Below are positions 1-8,472 of a stretch of DNA of 32,000 bases, one piece after another. Positions within the stretch are counted from its first letter, which is position 1. The number at the start of each line of letters is the position of its first letter. The position numbers and the translations under genes were made by a program. The notes under the pieces were generated by a model that saw only the letters and a list, made by a program, of their open reading frames with translations, ran no database searches and was not told the origin of the DNA. The DNA comes from Acaryochloris thomasi RCC1774 (GTDB lineage: Bacteria; Cyanobacteriota; Cyanobacteriia; Thermosynechococcales; Thermosynechococcaceae), in contig NZ_PQWO01000014.1 in the NCBI RefSeq assembly GCF_003231495.1, forward strand, positions 132,550 to 164,549. Reading direction: 5' to 3'.

Positions 1-56
1 ATCTTCAATCCGCTGCCGGTTCAAGGGTTGAGGAAATGACGCCACAGACTATTTCT

Positions 57-290
57 CTAATCGACCGTGCGCGCTGTTTCGGGGGCTAGCTCTGCATTGG
101 CCTCACACCCCTCAGCAAAACTTTGAATGGAGCCTGTGCTGAGGGATGGTTGCTGGGCGGACACGTGCAAAGCCTCGAACCCCACAACCGTTGAAGGTGT
201 ATCCAGCACAATGAGGAAAAGTGCAATCACTCTCAGCTCCTTATGAACAGCAGCGGCGGATGGAGAGAAATTTGCGATCGCAACTGACAT
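57..290 (-). CDS. hypothetical protein (weak call)
   Basis: 77-aa ORF divergent from sbtA. It has no recognisable motif and no clear RBS. Its ATG lies inside the 284-318 palindromic cluster. It may be spurious. Confidence 0.2.
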   Translation of the reverse strand: MSVAIANFSPSAAAVHKELRVIALFLIVLDTPSTVVGFEALHVSAQQPSLSTGSIQSFAEGCEANAELAPETARTVD

Positions 291-318
291 TAATCTGACA
301 TATGTCAGGGGTTGTCAA
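284..318. promoter_or_regulatory. nested palindrome CTGACA-N5-CTGACA-TA-TGTCAG-N4-TGTCAA, a possible operator
   Basis: Read directly from the sequence. The core 295-308 (ctgacatatgtcag) is a perfect 14-bp palindrome, flanked by a further CTGACA (284-289) and TGTCAA (313-318). It lies in the divergent region between ORF 57-290 and sbtA. Confidence 0.3.
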
Positions 319-432
319 ATATAAGATAAAATTATCTTTTGTATTTAACATTGCGCTTTGTTCTGTGCCTTACTCAGTGCCAAATAGGACGCATTTTAGG
401 ATAGGCTTAAGCATATAAGATTTCTGTTTTTA

Positions 433-448
433 ATAGATCTTTGTCTAT
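433..448. promoter_or_regulatory. ATAG-N8-CTAT dyad, candidate NdhR/CcmR (LysR-type CCM repressor) operator
   Basis: The sequence atagatctttgtctat lies about 130 nt upstream of the sbtA start. It matches the ATAG-N8-CTAT dyad that I recall being reported for NdhR. sbtA is a classic NdhR/CcmR target. Confidence 0.35.
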
Positions 449-576
449 AGAAGGCGTGATGAATTGGTAAGTTAACTGGCTGTCCATCCGGGTGTATAGA
501 GTCGGCCGCCCAGGATTCGAGGCCACGCTTGCTTGCCATCCTGCCCTCAATATCTGACTCAAGGAGGAATTACAAC

Positions 577-1698
577 GTGGATTTTTTGTCTGATTTTTTG
601 ACGCTCTTCTTGGCGAAGTTGCAGTCCCCGACACTTGGCTTTCTGATTGGTGGCATGGTCGTTGCCGCCGTCAATAGCCGTCTGACCATTCCAGATCCGA
701 TTTATAAGTTCATCGTCTTCATGCTGCTGCTAAAAGTTGGCCTGAGCGGTGGTATTGCAATCCGCGAGGCCAATCTAGCAGAGATGCTGTTGCCCGCAGC
801 GTTCGCCATGATAGTGGGTATCCTGATCGTGTTCATCGGTCGCTACACATTGGCCAAGCTGCCGAACGTCAAAACCGTAGATGCCATCGCGACCGCGGGC
901 TTGTTTGGTGCCGTGAGTGGCTCGACCCTCGCCGCCGCCCTGACCCTACTGGAAACAGAAGGCATCGAATACGAAGCCTGGGCCGCTGCCCTCTATCCCT
1001 TTATGGATATCCCCGCACTCGTGACCGCGATCGTCTTAGCGAGCATCTATAACAACAAGCAGAAGCAGCGCCGTGCCGCAGAAGAGCAGCTCAGCAAGCA
1101 GGAGTATCTCAGTAAGCAACCCGTTGCCTCAGGTGGTTATTCCAGTGGGCAGAACGTTGCTGCAGGCGGGCGTCCCAAGAAACAGCAAGTTGAGCGGGTC
1201 AAAGTATGGCCCATCGTCAAGGAAAGTCTTCAGGGGTCTGCCCTATCGGCACTGCTGCTGGGTCTTGCCCTAGGCATTCTAACCCAGCCAGAAAGTGTTT
1301 TTGAGAGCTTCTATGAACCCCTCTTCCGCGGCCTGCTTTCGATCCTGATGCTGGTCATGGGTATGGAGGCCACGGCAAGGCTCGGTGAGCTGCGTAAGGT
1401 GGGTCAGTGGTACGCTCTATATGCCTTTGTGGCCCCGCTTCTGCATGGGCTCATCGCCTTCGGCTTCGGCATGATTGCCCACGTCATCACGGGATTTAGC
1501 TTAGGTGGCGTCGTGATCATGGCCGTCATCGCCGCTTCCAGTTCAGATATCTCAGGGCCGCCCACTTTACGAGCCGGTATTCCTTCGGCCAATCCCTCTG
1601 CCTACATTGGCTCATCTACCGCCGTCGGCACGCCGGTTGCACTTGCCTTGGGCATACCGCTCTACATCGGACTTGCCCAGGCCCTGGCGGGTGGCTAA
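577..1698 (+). CDS. sbtA: sodium-dependent bicarbonate transporter SbtA
   Basis: The product matches Synechocystis SbtA along its length by eye (DFLSDFL..LQSPTLGFLIGGM; SSSDISGPPTLRAGIPSANPSAYIGSSTA). I place the start at GTG 577, 9 nt after AAGGAGG, because SbtA homologues begin MDFLS. The ORF track starts it at 529. Confidence 0.95.
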   Translation: MDFLSDFLTLFLAKLQSPTLGFLIGGMVVAAVNSRLTIPDPIYKFIVFMLLLKVGLSGGIAIREANLAEMLLPAAFAMIVGILIVFIGRYTLAKLPNVKTVDAIATAGLFGAVSGSTLAAALTLLETEGIEYEAWAAALYPFMDIPALVTAIVLASIYNNKQKQRRAAEEQLSKQEYLSKQPVASGGYSSGQNVAAGGRPKKQQVERVKVWPIVKESLQGSALSALLLGLALGILTQPESVFESFYEPLFRGLLSILMLVMGMEATARLGELRKVGQWYALYAFVAPLLHGLIAFGFGMIAHVITGFSLGGVVIMAVIAASSSDISGPPTLRAGIPSANPSAYIGSSTAVGTPVALALGIPLYIGLAQALAGG

Positions 1699-1751
1699 TT
1701 CCAAACGGGGCAAGAAACACGACGACCCAGTTCAATGAATATATACATTAG

Positions 1752-2096
<345 letters not shown>

Positions 2097-2233
2097 ATTG
2101 AGATGACGTTCCAGATGGAAGCTGTTTAATCCTGAATTTACCTACCCCATTGACGCTCTTAGATATAGTCTCTAGCTGTAGCAAATCTACATCTGGTCCA
2201 GTGCGCTTGAAAGGAAAGACCCAGGAAAACACA

Positions 2234-2467
2234 ATGAATCAGGTCAAAGATACAGTCCAAGATAATAGCGGCTGGTCCGTTCATATTTACCAGGGTCGCC
2301 GCTTGCTTTTTTCGCTTTATCCTTCTCACGCCTGGATTTTTTTACTGGGAGCTGTCTCCAGTAGCCTGCTGATTTTTGCAGGCCTGCAGTGGTCGAATTG
2401 TGTGTCTCAACCCTCTAAACCAGGTTCGGCTCAGCCCGCACAGGTCGCCCCCCTCCAGTTAGATTAG
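2234..2467 (+). CDS. small hypothetical membrane protein
   Basis: 77 aa from ATG 2234, with one clear hydrophobic helix (AWIFLLGAVSSSLLIFAGL). No recognisable family. The track ORF starts earlier, at 2150. Confidence 0.3.
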   Translation: MNQVKDTVQDNSGWSVHIYQGRRLLFSLYPSHAWIFLLGAVSSSLLIFAGLQWSNCVSQPSKPGSAQPAQVAPLQLD

Positions 2468-2633
2468 ATTGATTGAGGAAGCTACAGGGTATCAAGAGAC
2501 AGCGCCGATATCGCAATGTTAGAAGCTGCGCCCTATCTTTATGTCTGCGGGCACGAGCGTATTGGGGATACTGCTGCTTTCCGTCATTCCAGACAATGGA
2601 GATATCAAGGTTATGGAGTGGACATGATTCGGC

Positions 2634-3821
2634 TTGATCATCTTTGTGCGATTGAGCCCATCCATACTAGGATGCAGCAAAGCCCATTGCTTTCACGGGA
2701 TAGTCTTTAACTTGCCACGTCTGAAACGAATTCAAAAATCAGCGGGCAATGATCGCTACTATGCGGCGCTGAAGCAGAGATATCGAAAAACGCAGCAAGA
2801 ACTTTTTCTGGGTCTTTTAGCGCTGCTCAGCGTCATCTTGACCGGAACCCTTTGGTATTGGCTCGTTGAGGGCTGGCGCTTCATAGAATCTCTCTATATG
2901 ACCGTCATTACCCTAGCGACGGTGGGATTTTCCGAAGTGCAGCCCCTAGGCGATCGCGGTCGGCTGTTCACGATTTTACTGATCGTTTTGGGCATCGTTG
3001 CCGTCGGCTATATCGTCAACAGATTTACCGCCGCAATTGTGGGAGGCTACTTTCAAGAAGGAATGCGCTTAAATCAGCGTCGTAAACTCATGCAAGAACT
3101 GTCTGAGCATTATATTCTGTGCGGATTTGGGAGAACAGGACGTCAAATTGCCGAAGAGTTTTCTGTACAGAAGATTCCGTTTGTGGTGGTCGATGCCGAC
3201 GAGGAAGCGGTGCAGCGGGCGCAGCGGATGGGTTTTGTGGCCGTGCAGGGGGATGCAACCCAAGATAATACCCTCCATTTACTGAAGATTGAGGCGGCCG
3301 TTTGTCTGGTCTCAGCCTTATCTTCCGATGCTGAAAATCTATACACTGTGCTCTCTGCTAGAACGCTCAACCCGAATATTCGCATTATTGCCCGGGCCAG
3401 TGGCGAAGATGCCATCCAGAAATTACAGCGAGTGGGGTCCGATGCGGTGATCTCGCCCTATGTAACGGGGGGCAAGCGCATGGCTGCTGCTGCGCTGCGT
3501 CCGCAGGTAATGGACTTTATGGACGGAATCTTTTCTGGTGGAGATCGCACTTATTACATGGAAGAGTTTTTGCTTGATCCACTGGTCTGCTCTCAAATTG
3601 GTCAAACCCTGAAGGAATCGAAGTTGAGATCGCTGACCGGGGTATTAATTGTCGCTATCCGGCGAGAGCAAGGTGAACTGATCATCGGGCCAACTGCTGA
3701 GGTGCAACTCCAGGCAAGAGATTTTCTGATTTGTTTAGGCACGGCTGAGCAGCTCCAAATCATGAACCGCACTCTTTGCCCCATCAACTCTAGTCACCTG
3801 CAGCGACCACTCTGGGAATAG
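2634..3821 (+). CDS. two-TM ion channel with RCK (TrkA-N/TrkA-C) gating domain, K+ channel homologue
   Basis: Two TM helices flank the pore loop TLATVGFSE. They are followed by a Rossmann-type RCK motif (ILCGFGRTGRQIA) and a TrkA-C-like C-terminus. The start is uncertain: the track uses TTG 2634, and in-frame alternatives are GTG 2646 and TTG 2712. Confidence 0.85.
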   Translation: MIIFVRLSPSILGCSKAHCFHGIVFNLPRLKRIQKSAGNDRYYAALKQRYRKTQQELFLGLLALLSVILTGTLWYWLVEGWRFIESLYMTVITLATVGFSEVQPLGDRGRLFTILLIVLGIVAVGYIVNRFTAAIVGGYFQEGMRLNQRRKLMQELSEHYILCGFGRTGRQIAEEFSVQKIPFVVVDADEEAVQRAQRMGFVAVQGDATQDNTLHLLKIEAAVCLVSALSSDAENLYTVLSARTLNPNIRIIARASGEDAIQKLQRVGSDAVISPYVTGGKRMAAAALRPQVMDFMDGIFSGGDRTYYMEEFLLDPLVCSQIGQTLKESKLRSLTGVLIVAIRREQGELIIGPTAEVQLQARDFLICLGTAEQLQIMNRTLCPINSSHLQRPLWE

Positions 3822-3905
3822 CAGATGTAATGCGAGCAGGGTTGAACTCTCCCTCAACCCAGGATCAGAATGGGACAGTCATTCATCGGTTGTATTGAAA
3901 CAATC

Positions 3906-3954
3906 CGAGCAGACACGAGAATGCTAGGATTCCCTCGATTTTTTATACAGCTAC
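3906..3954 (+). repeat. 49-nt dispersed repeat, copy 1 (contains a hairpin plus T6)
   Basis: cgagCagacacgagaatgctaggattccctcgattttttatacagctac is identical to 17431-17479 except for one base. Weaker similarity extends about 25 nt upstream. It contains an imperfect hairpin (cgagaat/attccctcg) followed by tttttt. Confidence 0.8.
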
Positions 3955-4163
3955 CCCAAACATCTCAGAAGCGCACTGCCCACAGAATAAGACAGGGCAG
4001 ATACTTGCGATATTTACACGGACAATCAACAGGCATAACTGAGAGCTAGGTGTGGAAAGGCTCTCAACCTAACATTCGAGCAGCCTATCGTTGCATATAA
4101 CCTAGGCATCAACGGCAAGAGAATGTCACGATGGAGGAGCTGTATTGATACACGATTGCCAAT

Positions 4164-4775
4164 ATGTTTAAGCGCTGGTTTGCGATCGCAACTCTAACTC
4201 TCTTCTTCGCTCTTTATACATGGATGCCTGCCGTTTACGCCCAGGACCAAGCCAAGGCCATCTTTGCTGGCGGCTGCTTCTGGTGCATGGAAAAGCCCTT
4301 TGATGAACTACCGGGCGTAATTTCGACCACCTCGGGCTATACCGGCGGTACAAAGGACAATCCAACATATGAAGAGGTCTCGTCAGGCAATACAGGCCAC
4401 GCAGAGTCTGTGGAGGTCGTCTATGACCCAGAGCAGGTGAGCTATGACCAACTGCTTGATGTCTACTGGCACAACGTTGACCCCGTGGATGGGGGCGGAC
4501 AGTTTTGCGATCGCGGCAGTCAATATCGCCCCAGCATCTTCTATACATCGGATGACCAAAAAGCTTTGGCAGAGCAGTCCAAACAAACGCTAGAGAAATC
4601 AGGTCAACTCCCGAAGCCGATTCAGACCACCATTGTTTCAGCCAGCGAGTTTTACCCTGCCGAAGATTATCACCAGAACTACTACGAAACAAACTCTACC
4701 TGGTATCACTTCTACCGCTTTACCTGTGGGCGAGATCAGCGACTAGCCAAGCTTTGGAAACAAGACAATGCTTAG
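4164..4775 (+). CDS. msrA: peptide-methionine (S)-S-oxide reductase MsrA, with N-terminal signal peptide
   Basis: Has the GGCFWCME active-site motif and MsrA-type sequence throughout. The N-terminus MFKRWFAIATLTLFFALYTWMPAVYAQ looks like a Sec signal peptide. Confidence 0.95.
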   Translation: MFKRWFAIATLTLFFALYTWMPAVYAQDQAKAIFAGGCFWCMEKPFDELPGVISTTSGYTGGTKDNPTYEEVSSGNTGHAESVEVVYDPEQVSYDQLLDVYWHNVDPVDGGGQFCDRGSQYRPSIFYTSDDQKALAEQSKQTLEKSGQLPKPIQTTIVSASEFYPAEDYHQNYYETNSTWYHFYRFTCGRDQRLAKLWKQDNA

Positions 4776-4805
4776 GGGTTTATATTCTCTTTGTATTCGT
4801 TGTCT

Positions 4806-5060
4806 GATATGAGGATTATTCAGGCGACGTTTCATACGACTGCTAAAACTACCGTCCCAGAAGGTTTTCACCTGTTGTCCTTGCCACCAAAGTCACCTGA
4901 ACTACAACCGGCTGAACGGCTATGAACGATTGCGAACGAAGCAATTGCCAATCAGAGTTTCAAGTCTTTGGACCAGTTAGAGGACAGGCTCGCTCATTAT
5001 TGTCGTGCCTTGATTACTCAGCCTGACTTTGTTCAAGGGCTAACCAACTTCTATTGGTGA
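4806..5060 (+). pseudogene. IS630-family (DDE) transposase, 3' remnant with an in-frame stop
   Basis: It translates to ..VPEGFHLLSLPPKSPELQPAERL*TIANEAIANQSFKSLDQLEDRLAHYCRALITQPDFVQGLTNFYW*. This is the LPPYSPELNPIERLW..F.SL..L C-terminus of IS630/Tc1-like transposases. A TGA (4923-4925) replaces the conserved Trp codon. The N-terminal ~75% of the gene is absent. Confidence 0.6.
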
Positions 5061-5088
5061 GAAGGTTCTGTCGCTTAGTTGGCCGTCT

Positions 5089-5370
5089 CTAACCGGATTT
5101 CATATAATTGAGTGAAAGTTTGAAACTGTTGCCGCAGTTGTTACAGAGTGCATACGAAGTGCCCACTTTGCCTGATTTTTTTGTCCAGTTGCTTCCACAT
5201 TTGGGGCACTTGCCGACTGAACCTCTGGGGCGTCCCGTGATGGGTTTAGCCTCAACCGTGAAGGATTTCATCTCACAATCATCGTGAGGGCAAGTATAGC
5301 GCTGTGAACCACTGGCGTTGAGTCCTTTCTTTCGGACAGTGCGATCGCAACGTGGGCATTTTGCAGTCAT
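5089..5370 (-). CDS. tandem zinc-ribbon protein (transposase-type Zn-ribbon-like)
   Basis: 93 aa from ATG 5370, with GGAG 7 nt upstream. It has two CxxC..CxxC modules: KCPRCDRTVRKKG..QRYTCPHDDCEMKSF and KCPKCGSNWTKKSG..YALCNNCGNSF. A HIP1 site lies inside at 5341-5348. Confidence 0.6.
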   Translation of the reverse strand: MTAKCPRCDRTVRKKGLNASGSQRYTCPHDDCEMKSFTVEAKPITGRPRGSVGKCPKCGSNWTKKSGKVGTSYALCNNCGNSFKLSLNYMKSG

Positions 5371-5406
5371 TTCAGATCTCCTAGCCAGTACCAATCCTCT
5401 GCATAA

Positions 5407-5784
5407 TCAAGTCTGAGAAAAAATTGCCCTTGCTGCCGCCAGTCGTTTCTTCATCTGAGTGAGCAACTGCTCTGATTCATGGAAGGTATTATTCCCTCGT
5501 TTGCTGTTACAACCTTGGCAGATAGCTCTGAGATTGGAGTAGGTGAAAGCTAGATGAGGATACTTACTCTTAGGCAGGACGTGATCAATCGTGGCTCTAT
5601 CTGCCCTAGGAATGGTCAATCGTTCCCGCTTGGTCAGATACTTGGTTCGATGCATCGTCTTACCGCAGCAAGGGCATGGGGCTAGATGAGCATCATTTAG
5701 CAACTGGCATCCCGAGGTATAGCTACCGTCTGGCTTCAGGATTGTGACGGAATTAAGATCCCACTTCGGACAGCGCTGGCTCAC
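5407..5784 (-). CDS. HNH endonuclease
   Basis: Contains CPCCGK...TIDHVLPKSKYP...NLRAICQGCNSKRGN, a canonical HNH/zinc-finger nuclease motif. Its start overlaps the stop of the upstream ORF (ATGA overlap, 5781-5784). Confidence 0.8.
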   Translation of the reverse strand: MSQRCPKWDLNSVTILKPDGSYTSGCQLLNDAHLAPCPCCGKTMHRTKYLTKRERLTIPRADRATIDHVLPKSKYPHLAFTYSNLRAICQGCNSKRGNNTFHESEQLLTQMKKRLAAARAIFSQT

Positions 5785-6092
5785 TGGTAATTCTCCTGCA
5801 ATTGATTGAAGCGTTTCTTCATGCGATCAAGGGCGTACTCTGCCTTTTGAATGTGAGTCATTCCCGCTGTCTCTTTATCCAACTCCGACCAAACCGCTTG
5901 ACGGCTAACGTCATTCATCCGAGATGTGTCAAAGGTCGCGGTCAAAAGCTGCCAGGATTGCCTTACATTTGCCCAGCCACGATTGTTGTATCCCTGTTGG
6001 CGAAGTTGCCGCTGTTGGGCTTTAGGTCGTGGATGGAAGGCCTCAGAGTTGCGCTTCTGCCATTGTCGGTATGAAAGATTGAATATCTTCAC
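5781..6092 (-). CDS. hypothetical protein (basic N-terminus), translationally coupled to the HNH gene
   Basis: 103-aa ORF. Its GTG start overlaps the stop of the upstream ORF (TAGTG) and is preceded by AGAGG. No recognisable family. Confidence 0.5.
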   Translation of the reverse strand: MKIFNLSYRQWQKRNSEAFHPRPKAQQRQLRQQGYNNRGWANVRQSWQLLTATFDTSRMNDVSRQAVWSELDKETAGMTHIQKAEYALDRMKKRFNQLQENYQ

Positions 6093-6625
6093 TAACTCGC
6101 CTCTTTAATAAGTTTGGCGTTGGCGGCTTCAGTTGCCTTGGCATGTTTGACAACGTATTCTGCATCGATGATTGTGGCTTCTATTTCCTGTAGGTGATCA
6201 TCGGCATAGACTAGGTTTTCCTCAGCCAGTGTTGCCTTACGCTCTGCATGGTCAGAATTTCGTATGGCGTTATAAATCTTCCGGCCCAACTGTTCCAGCT
6301 TGCTAGGTTTCATCCGTTCGTCTAGCTCTGCATCGAGCTTGTCAGCCTTTATCCGAAGCTCTGGATCAGCATTGTCTTTCACCTGCTGCATCTCCGCTTT
6401 GAGGTCAGAGATTTGCGATCTCAACTTGTCGTTAGATTTGCGAGTATTGTTTGCTCCGTGTGCCCTCATTTTCTTAACCAATATGGTGAGATGAGGGACC
6501 ATTTCTACAGGAGCATTACCAAGGCTCAGAAGCGTATCGTCTTCTAAAGATCCCAGGATGGCTAACGCAAAGGTAGTGTCGCGGTTGAGCTGTTTGACAA
6601 GTTGCTGACGCTGTTCGGGGTCCAT
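6092..6625 (-). CDS. hypothetical coiled-coil protein
   Basis: 177-aa ORF rich in heptad-like charged helices (ISDLKAEMQQVKDNADPELRIKADKLDAELDERM...). The start is uncertain. An alternative start at Met42 (6502) would remove the 64-nt overlap with ORF 6562-6825. Confidence 0.5.
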   Translation of the reverse strand: MDPEQRQQLVKQLNRDTTFALAILGSLEDDTLLSLGNAPVEMVPHLTILVKKMRAHGANNTRKSNDKLRSQISDLKAEMQQVKDNADPELRIKADKLDAELDERMKPSKLEQLGRKIYNAIRNSDHAERKATLAEENLVYADDHLQEIEATIIDAEYVVKHAKATEAANAKLIKEAS

Positions 6626-6825
6626 TGATTTGAATTAACTTTGATGTTCCTAGCGTATCCCGCGACTTTAGAAAAACCGTCAGTGTGAATACGGAACTTT
6701 AGTGAGCGGGCCAAAACGGAAAAATGAGGCTCTTGCTTGCCGTAATCAACAGCCTCCGGTTCTACCGGAGATTGTTGATTCGACATAGAAGACTCTAGTA
6801 CACCAGTGGTACTGATAGGCTCCAC
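6562..6825 (-). CDS. hypothetical protein (weak call)
   Basis: 87-aa ORF (74 aa from ATG 6786) at the head of the cassette. It overlaps the next ORF in another frame. It could be real, or a frameshifted N-terminal extension of that ORF. Confidence 0.25.
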   Translation of the reverse strand: MEPISTTGVLESSMSNQQSPVEPEAVDYGKQEPHFSVLARSLKFRIHTDGFSKVAGYARNIKVNSNQWTPNSVSNLSNSSTATLPLR

Positions 6826-6869
6826 ATCAATGGATCACGCCCTTTGCTTTTGATAGAAGCAGTCGTAGC

Positions 6870-7643
6870 TCACGTCCATATAAAGCGATAGCCGACATCC
6901 AACTGCTTTTGTCTGCGTAACGCTCCATATCGTCGGTCCCACGCTCCGCTTTCAAGATCGGCCTTTAAACTCGCCATGCCCCGCTGACGTTCTTCCACAG
7001 CCATTTTCGCAAATGATGAAATTCCATTTCGAATGTCAACCTCTAGATAAAGTTCTGGCCGTGACCATCCAACGGCGGCAAAGGAATCTGACAGGTCACG
7101 GGGCAAGGGAAAAGGATGCACGGAAACAGCTTGACCTGTAATCGACTCAATATCAGACACCAAAGCTGGAATGGTCAGAAACGTAGCCTGAACATCTGGA
7201 ATCAGAGACGGAAAGTATTCCGTTAGCCAGAAATTTGCGATCGCATCCGGATCATAGGTAAACAAGATCAGTTGACCGTCCCCGATCACACGGCAAATTT
7301 CCTTCAGTGCTTGTCGATGGTCTTGAAAGTGATGGAACGCCAGCATGACAATTGCTGCATCGGCTGATTGATCCGCGAGGGGCAGATTCTCAGCAAACGC
7401 ATCTATCCATTGAATATTAGGATTTGCGATCGCTTGGTTCCTCATCATGGCTGCAGGCTCTACAGCAAGAACATAGTGCCCTTTCTCTGCCAGAGCCTGT
7501 GAATAGGAGCCAGTACCTGCACCAATATCAACAATGGTGGAACCTAGGGGACATCTCAAAACCTCAAATAGTTTTTCTACAATCCGAGGATCACGTTTTC
7601 TCGTTCGGGCGTAGTTTTGACCAATGGCGTCGTAAAGTGTCAT
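6870..7643 (-). CDS. class I SAM-dependent methyltransferase
   Basis: Motif I is IVDIGAGTGSYS, with a Methyltransf_11-like layout. I chose ATG 7643 (MTLYDAIGQNY) over the track's GTG 7661. Confidence 0.85.
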   Translation of the reverse strand: MTLYDAIGQNYARTRKRDPRIVEKLFEVLRCPLGSTIVDIGAGTGSYSQALAEKGHYVLAVEPAAMMRNQAIANPNIQWIDAFAENLPLADQSADAAIVMLAFHHFQDHRQALKEICRVIGDGQLILFTYDPDAIANFWLTEYFPSLIPDVQATFLTIPALVSDIESITGQAVSVHPFPLPRDLSDSFAAVGWSRPELYLEVDIRNGISSFAKMAVEERQRGMASLKADLESGAWDRRYGALRRQKQLDVGYRFIWT

Positions 7644-7723
7644 CCTATTGCCGCTACACACTGAGTAAAAGATAAGACAATTGACTGTGCAGAAGCATTT
7701 CTGACGTCATTGAGCGCTTCACC

Positions 7724-8326
7724 ATGTATAAGCTTTACGAATTTCCGTCATCTGGGAACTGCTACAAATTGCGGCTTGCAATGTCACAGTTGAATGTTGA
7801 TTATGAGCGCATCCCGATAGACGTTACTCGGGGCGAATCTCGTACAGAAGCATTCCTGCGCATCAATCCGAATGGTCGAGTTCCTGTACTACAGGTATCA
7901 GAGGGTGTTTCCCTTCCCGAATCTAACGCGGCTCTGTGGTACCTCGCTTGTGATACGCCACTTTGTCCTACGTCAAAACTAGAACAGGCGCAAGTGCTGC
8001 AGTGGATGTTTTTTGAACAATACAGTCACGAGCCATTTATCGCGACATCACGCTATTGGATCTCCATTCTCAAAGCTGCTGATGCTTATAGAGAACAACT
8101 TGAAGAGAAGCGTCCTAAGGGTTATGCCGCCTTAGATGTGATGGAGCAACATCTGGCACACAACTCATTTTTTGTTGGTGACGCATACTCAATTGCTGAT
8201 ATTGCTCTCTATGGTTATACACATGTCGCTCACGAGGGCGGCTTTGATCTGCAGGCATATCCCGCTATACGAGGATGGCTTGAGCGGATTTTGCGATCGC
8301 AAAACTACATCCCCATCAGTCACTAA
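7724..8326 (+). CDS. glutathione S-transferase family protein
   Basis: The N-terminal thioredoxin-like GST pattern is present (INPNGRVPVL...LPESNAALWYLA), followed by a helical C-terminal domain. Confidence 0.85.
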   Translation: MYKLYEFPSSGNCYKLRLAMSQLNVDYERIPIDVTRGESRTEAFLRINPNGRVPVLQVSEGVSLPESNAALWYLACDTPLCPTSKLEQAQVLQWMFFEQYSHEPFIATSRYWISILKAADAYREQLEEKRPKGYAALDVMEQHLAHNSFFVGDAYSIADIALYGYTHVAHEGGFDLQAYPAIRGWLERILRSQNYIPISH

Positions 8327-8472
8327 CCCAATACAAAGTTTGACGACTGACTCTGCAATCAAAGAAATCTACATCGATAGACTCACGCTTAAACCGAATG
8401 GGCGAATCTAGTTCGCTGCGTCGGTTAGAGTAGGGTAATCTGCTACAATTCTTAAGGATTCTATAAGGTTTT

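Noticed and set aside
407-634. 75-aa minus-strand ORF spanning the sbtA start
   Set aside because: It overlaps the sbtA RBS, start and promoter region, and has no motif. The sbtA call explains the region.
4168-4692. 174-aa ORF antisense to msrA
   Set aside because: It lies entirely within, and opposite to, a gene with an unambiguous MsrA sequence. Its Arg/Ser/Pro-rich low-complexity composition is typical of a shadow ORF.
5089-5370. The zinc-ribbon protein as InsA of the IS1 element
   Set aside because: No InsB-like ORF is adjacent. The only IS1-type fragment is 26 kb away at the window edge. The gene is co-oriented with, and closely follows, the HNH gene instead.
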